In this document: in pieces, positions 59,185 to 64,000 of the stretch
Layout of the letters: every line of letters begins with the position of its first letter
Numbering within the stretch: the first letter of the stretch is position 1
DNA from: an uncultured Clostridia bacterium
GTDB taxonomy: Bacteria; Bacillota; Clostridia; TANB77; CAG-508
Direction of reading: 5' to 3'
Assembly (NCBI GenBank): GCA_934141555.1
Contig: CAKPCK010000001.1
Span: 3,163 to 67,162 of the forward strand
DNA length: 64,000 bases
The notes under the pieces: generated by a model
What the model was told of the DNA's origin: nothing
The model's database searches: none
Seen by the model: the letters and a program-made list of their open reading frames with translations, nothing else
Made by a program: the position numbers and the translations under genes

Positions 59185-60474
59185 TTACTCGAAATCATCA
59201 CCACCATCGGTGTCATCATCGTCAGCGTTGGTATCATCCAGCGAAGAGTAAATGTTTACCGAAACGATGTTGAATGCGGAATTGGGGGTGAAAGTTTCGG
59301 CAATCATATGCCAAAGTTCACCCACCAAATAGGTGGTGCGGTTTTCCTGAGAGCCATACTGGACCCACACCAGTTCAGAAGGGGCCATCTTGGAATGATC
59401 AAACTGCTCAAATTCCTCATCGGAGGTAAGCAGAGTTGCCTTTGCGTTGATGTTGTCTTCACGACCCCATCTTGCACAAACCTTCTTCTTTGCAGGGAAG
59501 GGAAGTGCGCCAGCCCCACGAGGAACTGCCAAAAGGTTATCCAGATTGTTGTCAACAATCTGGTAATAAATGGCCTGAGCATATGCCAAAGCATTAAGCT
59601 GCTTAGAGCCAATTTCCTTCTTTACCTCGGAAAAGGCCTTCTCCAGAAGCTCTGCCTGCTTTTCGCTGGAAAGCTTCTTGAACATGGGGAAGACAACGAT
59701 AGCCTTCCGCCATACTGCAGAAATGATCTGGTAGCTGTTTGCTGAGTAGTAACTCCGCGGATAGCAGAAGTTCAGGGCATTCAGAAAGTTGCCGTTGGCC
59801 AACTTGAAGTTTGCCAGATAGTCCTTCACCTCGCTGATGGCAGCCTGGAAGCTGTTGAGCATCTTACCATAATAGGTGTTAGATACTCGAAGAACATTTC
59901 CTTCGAAAACGAAGTTTTTCTGTACCATTTCGGTAACAGGTTCTTTGTCAATACCATAGTGAACTTCGCCAAAGATAAGCGAAGTATTAGGAACAGGTAC
60001 TACAGAAATGTTTTTGAGAGTGACACCAGAAATCATGGTCTTTTTGTCAAACTCATAAGAGTCAGCAGTTACAACCTTAACGGCCTGGCCTGTAAAGGCT
60101 ACGGTGACATTGATGATGAATTTGACAAATGTTTTGGTTTTGAACCCCAAGTGATCGATGCTGTATCCAGAGCTGATCTTGTTCGCGAGGTCGAAACTGT
60201 ACGTTCCGGCACTACGATTGTAGGTCATTTTATTGGATACAGTCCAATTGCCGTTGGCACAATGCCGACGGAAAATCGAAACGAGCTGTGCTGCAAAAAC
60301 AGCACCATAAACCTCATTACGAGTTTTGGCACTTGCGGAAATCTTCTCATTGATTTTGGCGATATGTGCTCTTACCAGAGCACAATCATAAAAGTCGATG
60401 TTGTGAGCCTGCTTGAGTGCATCCATAGTGCCTTCTGCGATGCGGACTTCAAAATTCTGATTAAAGCTTTTCAT
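59185..60474 (-). CDS. Uncharacterised protein, paralog 2 (429 aa, GC-rich copy with a polyacidic C-terminal tail).
   Basis: ATG lies 8 nt after GGAGGA. Sampled 60-nt lines count 45%, 52% and 58% GC. Antisense and off-frame ORFs stay open because stops are scarce. The tail reads DDTNADDDDTDGGDDFE. Confidence 0.75.
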   Translation of the reverse strand: MKSFNQNFEVRIAEGTMDALKQAHNIDFYDCALVRAHIAKINEKISASAKTRNEVYGAVFAAQLVSIFRRHCANGNWTVSNKMTYNRSAGTYSFDLANKISSGYSIDHLGFKTKTFVKFIINVTVAFTGQAVKVVTADSYEFDKKTMISGVTLKNISVVPVPNTSLIFGEVHYGIDKEPVTEMVQKNFVFEGNVLRVSNTYYGKMLNSFQAAISEVKDYLANFKLANGNFLNALNFCYPRSYYSANSYQIISAVWRKAIVVFPMFKKLSSEKQAELLEKAFSEVKKEIGSKQLNALAYAQAIYYQIVDNNLDNLLAVPRGAGALPFPAKKKVCARWGREDNINAKATLLTSDEEFEQFDHSKMAPSELVWVQYGSQENRTTYLVGELWHMIAETFTPNSAFNIVSVNIYSSLDDTNADDDDTDGGDDFE

Positions 60475-60488
60475 AATATATTTCCTCC

Positions 60489-60580
60489 AAAGTCGATAAA
60501 TAAAAAATGCATAATATAGGGGAAAATAGAAACCTCCTTGTAAAGTTCCCTATATGTGTTTCAATGTACGATATATATGT
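60489..60580 (-). promoter_or_regulatory. Conserved 5' leader of cassette 2 with an internal SD-like AAGGAGG inside a hairpin loop.
   Basis: The minus strand reads atcgtacattgaaacacatatagggaactttacaaggaggtttctattttcccctata. The tataggg/ccctata 7-bp stem encloses the decoy SD. Confidence 0.5.
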
Positions 60581-60609
60581 ATTATAGCACACTATTTTTA
60601 AAAAGTCAA
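60581..60609 (-). promoter_or_regulatory. SigmaA promoter of cassette 2.
   Basis: On the minus strand: TTGACT, 17-nt spacer, TATAAT. Confidence 0.65.
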
Positions 60610-60661
60610 TATATTATGTAAAATCTGCCATGTAGTAAATATGTAAAATATATAAAAAATA

Positions 60662-60691
60662 TTGACAAATATAATTATGATATGATATAAT
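60662..60691 (+). promoter_or_regulatory. SigmaA promoter with extended -10, candidate rpoB promoter.
   Basis: TTGACA, 18-nt spacer, TGaTATAAT, about 295 nt upstream of rpoB. Confidence 0.55.
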
Positions 60692-60985
60692 TATATGCGT
60701 ATAAATTTGCAAATTGGTAATTTTTAGAAATTATCAGATTTAATTCAAAATGATAAAATTTAGAAAAATAAGAATTAAATATAAGTAAAATAAAGGGAGA
60801 AAATTGTAGAGCAGACAATGATCAAAACTTTACGAAACTATATTTTAAGAGGGGATTTTTCTAATTAAATATTATTCTCGTAAGAAAACTAGCCAAGCCA
60901 TTACTTAAATATGGCATTTTTCTTTAAATGGCAGAATTTCAAACGAAACAAAAAGCTGCTTAATATTTTATAAGGAGTGATTTTT

Positions 60986-63900
60986 TTGGAAATCAAAGAT
61001 GTTAAATTCGGAAGAACAACCCGTAAAGATTTCTCAAAAGTTGGCGATTTTATAGAAATGCCAAACTTAATTAAAGTTCAAAAAGATTCTTATGACTGGT
61101 TTATTGAAGAAGGATTAGGAGAAGTATTAAAAGATATTTCACCAATCATAGACTATTCAGGAAATCTAGTATTAGAATTTTTTGACTACTACATGGAAGA
61201 AAAGACAAAATATACAGAAGAAGAAGCAAAAGAAAGAGATGCAACATATTCTACAAGATTACACGTAAAAGTAAGATTAATAAACCGTGAATCAGGTGAA
61301 ATCAAAGAACAAGAAATTTATTTAGGTGATTTCCCACTAATGACAGAAAGTGGAACATTTATAATAAATGGTGCAGAAAGAGTTGTAGTTAGTCAATTAG
61401 TACGTTCACCAGGATGTTACTATGATGAAATATTTGATACAAAAACAGGAAAGAAAACATATACATCAACAATTATGCCATTAAGAGGGGCATGGTTAGA
61501 ATATGAAACAGATGGAAATGATATATTCTGGGTACGTGTTGATAGAACAAGAAAAATTCCAATTACAACATTATTAAGAGCAATTGGATTAGTATCAGAT
61601 GACCAAATAAGAGCATTATTCGGAGATGAAGCATTACTAGAAACAACAATACAAAAAGATCCAATAAAAACAGGTGAAGAAGCATTAATCGAAATTTACA
61701 AAAAATTAAGACCTGGAGAATTACCAACAGTAGAAGCTGCAAAAAGCTTATTTAATGGATTATTCTTTGACAATAGAAGATATGATTTAGCAAAAGTAGG
61801 AAGATATAAATTTAACCAAAAATTAAGTATCGCAAACAGAATAAAAAATCAAGTTGCATTTGAAGATATTATGGATAAAGAAACAGGAGAAGTTTTTGTT
61901 GCAGCAGGAGAAGTTATTTCAGCAGAAGCAGCAGAAGCAATCCAGAATGCAGGTATAAATGTAGTAGATATTAAGTTTGGAGAGAAAAAATTAAGAATAA
62001 TTGGTAATGGAATAGTAAATATTCATTCAGTATTACCAAATGTAGACTTAAGCAGCTTACATATAAAAGAATATGTAAATTATGAAGTATTAAAAAATAT
62101 AATGGAAAATACTTCTGAAGAAGAATTAGTTAAAACATTAAAACAAAGAGAAGAAGAACTAGTTCCAAAATATATAACAACAGAAGACATGATAGCATCA
62201 ATAAACTATTTATTAAATATGTATCATGGATATGGAAAAGCTGATGATATAGATCACTTAGCAAATCGTAGAATAAGATGTGTTGGAGAATTATTACAAA
62301 ATCAATTCAGAATTGGTTTAGCAAGACTTGAAAGAGTTGTTCGTGAAAGAATGACAATTCAAGACTTAGATGTTATAACACCACAATCATTAATAAACAC
62401 AAAACCAATAACATCATCAATAAGAGAATTCTTTGGAAGTTCACAATTATCACAATTCATGGATCAAACAAACCCATTATCAGAATTAACACATAAAAGA
62501 AGAATTTCAGCATTAGGACCTGGTGGTTTGTCAAGAGAAAGAGCAGGATTCGAAGTTCGTGATATTCATTATACACATTATGGTAGATTATGTCCAATTG
62601 AATCTCCAGAAGGACCAAACATTGGATTAATTTCAGCATTATCATCATTTGCTAATATAAATGAATATGGATTTATTGAAACACCATATAGAAAAGTAGA
62701 TCCAGAAACACATAGAGTAACAGATATTGTTGAATATATGAGTGCAGATGTTGAAGATAATTACATGATAGCACAAGCATCTGAACCAATGAATGAAAAC
62801 AATGAATTCATAAATAAGCGTGTTCGTGTAAGACATAGAAATGAAATTATAGAAGTTGATAAAGAATTAGTACAATATGTTGATGTATCACCAAAACAAT
62901 TAGTATCAATTGCAGCTGCAATGATTCCATTCTTGGAAAATGATGATGCTAAAAGATCTTTAATGGGATCAAACATGCAACGTCAAGCAGTTCCATTAAT
63001 GACATCAGAAGCACCAATTATAGCAACAGGTATTGAATATAGAGCAGCAAAAGATTCAGGAATATTAATATTAGCTGAAGATGATGGTGTTGTAGAAAAA
63101 GTTACTGGTGACAGTATCACAATGAAATATAACAATGGTAAAACAGTTGTACATAAACTACGTAAATTCAAAAGAACAAATGGTGGAACATGTATCAATC
63201 AAAGACCAATAGTTAGAAAAGGTGAAATAGTTAAAAAAGGTGATGCGTTAGCAGATGGACCAGCAACAAAAGATGGAGAAATGGCATTAGGTAAAAACAT
63301 GTTAGTAGCATTCTCAACATGGGAAGGTTACAACTATGAGGATGCTATTCTTTTAAATGAAAGATTAGTACAAGAAGACATATTTACATCAATACATATT
63401 GAAGAATATGATTGTGAATGTCGTGATACAAAATTAGGCCCAGAAGAAATAACAAGAGATATACCAAATGTTGGAGATGACGCATTAAAAGATCTTGATG
63501 AAAATGGTATTATTAGAATAGGTGCAGAAGTAAGGCCTGGAGATATATTAGTTGGTAAAGTTACTCCAAAAGGAGAAACAGACTTAACAGCAGAAGAAAG
63601 ATTACTTCGTGCAATATTTGGAGAAAAAGCTAGAGAAGTAAGAGATACATCACTTCGTGTACCACATGGTGAAGCTGGAACAATTGTTGATGTAAAAATA
63701 TTTACAAGAGACAATTCAGAAGAATTAGGACCTGGAGTAAATCAAGTAATTAGATGTTATATTGCTACAAAGAGAAAAATATCAGTTGGAGATAAAATGG
63801 CTGGACGTCATGGTAACAAAGGTGTTATTTCAAGAATATTACCAAAAGAAGATATGCCATTCTTACCAGATGGAACACCAATAGACATTTTATTAAACCC

Positions 63901-64000
63901 ATTAGGTATACCATCTCGTATGAACTTAGGACAAATCCTTGAAGTTCACTTAGGAGCAGCAGCAAGAGCATTAGGATGGAAAGTATCAACACCAGTATTT
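60986..64000 (+). CDS. rpoB: DNA-directed RNA polymerase subunit beta; the 3' end lies outside the window.
   Basis: TTG start lies 8 nt after AAGGAG. The translation reads (M)[38 protein letters not shown]...[21 protein letters not shown]. Absent from the track because there is no stop in the window. Confidence 0.97.
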   Translation, partial: MEIKDVKFGRTTRKDFSKVGDFIEMPNLIKVQKDSYDWFIEEGLGEVLKDISPIIDYSGNLVLEFFDYYMEEKTKYTEEEAKERDATYSTRLHVKVRLINRESGEIKEQEIYLGDFPLMTESGTFIINGAERVVVSQLVRSPGCYYDEIFDTKTGKKTYTSTIMPLRGAWLEYETDGNDIFWVRVDRTRKIPITTLLRAIGLVSDDQIRALFGDEALLETTIQKDPIKTGEEALIEIYKKLRPGELPTVEAAKSLFNGLFFDNRRYDLAKVGRYKFNQKLSIANRIKNQVAFEDIMDKETGEVFVAAGEVISAEAAEAIQNAGINVVDIKFGEKKLRIIGNGIVNIHSVLPNVDLSSLHIKEYVNYEVLKNIMENTSEEELVKTLKQREEELVPKYITTEDMIASINYLLNMYHGYGKADDIDHLANRRIRCVGELLQNQFRIGLARLERVVRERMTIQDLDVITPQSLINTKPITSSIREFFGSSQLSQFMDQTNPLSELTHKRRISALGPGGLSRERAGFEVRDIHYTHYGRLCPIESPEGPNIGLISALSSFANINEYGFIETPYRKVDPETHRVTDIVEYMSADVEDNYMIAQASEPMNENNEFINKRVRVRHRNEIIEVDKELVQYVDVSPKQLVSIAAAMIPFLENDDAKRSLMGSNMQRQAVPLMTSEAPIIATGIEYRAAKDSGILILAEDDGVVEKVTGDSITMKYNNGKTVVHKLRKFKRTNGGTCINQRPIVRKGEIVKKGDALADGPATKDGEMALGKNMLVAFSTWEGYNYEDAILLNERLVQEDIFTSIHIEEYDCECRDTKLGPEEITRDIPNVGDDALKDLDENGIIRIGAEVRPGDILVGKVTPKGETDLTAEERLLRAIFGEKAREVRDTSLRVPHGEAGTIVDVKIFTRDNSEELGPGVNQVIRCYIATKRKISVGDKMAGRHGNKGVISRILPKEDMPFLPDGTPIDILLNPLGIPSRMNLGQILEVHLGAAARALGWKVSTPVF

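Noticed and set aside
59304-60519. Antisense and off-frame ORFs (59308-59745 plus, 59959-60519 plus, 59304-59612 minus) inside the GC-rich paralog.
   Set aside because: The same compositional artefact applies. The annotated frame is supported by about 50% identity to the neighbouring paralog and by an SD and terminator.
60489-60520. 13-codon upstream ORF (MHFLFIDFGGNIL) in the cassette 2 leader, whose TGA overlaps the main ATG.
   Set aside because: Its ATG lies 20 nt from the nearest SD-like sequence, and no equivalent uORF exists in the homologous cassette 1 leader.
62457-63714. Several 60-126-aa minus-strand ORFs within rpoB.
   Set aside because: They are antisense to the clearly conserved rpoB reading frame.

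Overview
This is an AT-rich chromosomal window, roughly 28-30% GC by eye, from an endospore-forming Firmicute (Clostridia-like). spoIIID and the ftsQ-DUF881-DUF881-sbp-ftsA-ftsZ-spoIIGA-sigE cluster are present. Most of the window is core housekeeping: addB, pgeF, ldcA, uvrC, a short alaS, ligA, folD, dprA, htrA, rnhB, pdp, cdaA, truA, pflA, tRNA-Thr(CGU), glmS with its ribozyme, and the 5' part of rpoB. I saw no integrase, transposase, CRISPR array or rRNA.

The most unusual locus lies between glmS and rpoB (57.6-60.6 kb). It holds two tandem monocistronic cassettes on the minus strand that encode diverged paralogs (about 50% aa identity by eye) of a family I cannot assign.
- Each cassette has its own sigmaA-type promoter, a partly conserved ~100-nt leader with an internal Shine-Dalgarno-like decoy, and a near-identical hairpin terminator.
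- One coding sequence is about 45-58% GC and the other about 30-32% GC, while the flanks of both are AT-rich and homologous.

A second high-GC single-gene cassette sits at 35.26-35.77 kb (110-aa orphan, consensus promoter, 5' hairpin, own terminator).

Other points worth a second look:
- A protein built from near-identical 78-bp (26-aa) tandem repeats, directly upstream of an addB that has no addA after it.
- An ECF sigma factor overlapping a 1577-aa membrane-anchored protein that resembles alpha-2-macroglobulin and has no thioester motif.
- Two pilin-like proteins whose class-III-type signals lack Glu+5. One is an 832-aa Big_2 protein with a Cys-rich module, followed by a CPYC thioredoxin-fold gene.
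- A 584-aa AlaRS without the C-Ala domain and without a T-box leader.
- A DnaB-family helicase with a charged N-terminal extension.
- Probable ATA and ATT start codons for dprA and an M23 peptidase.

All family calls come from motif recognition by eye. No searches were run.
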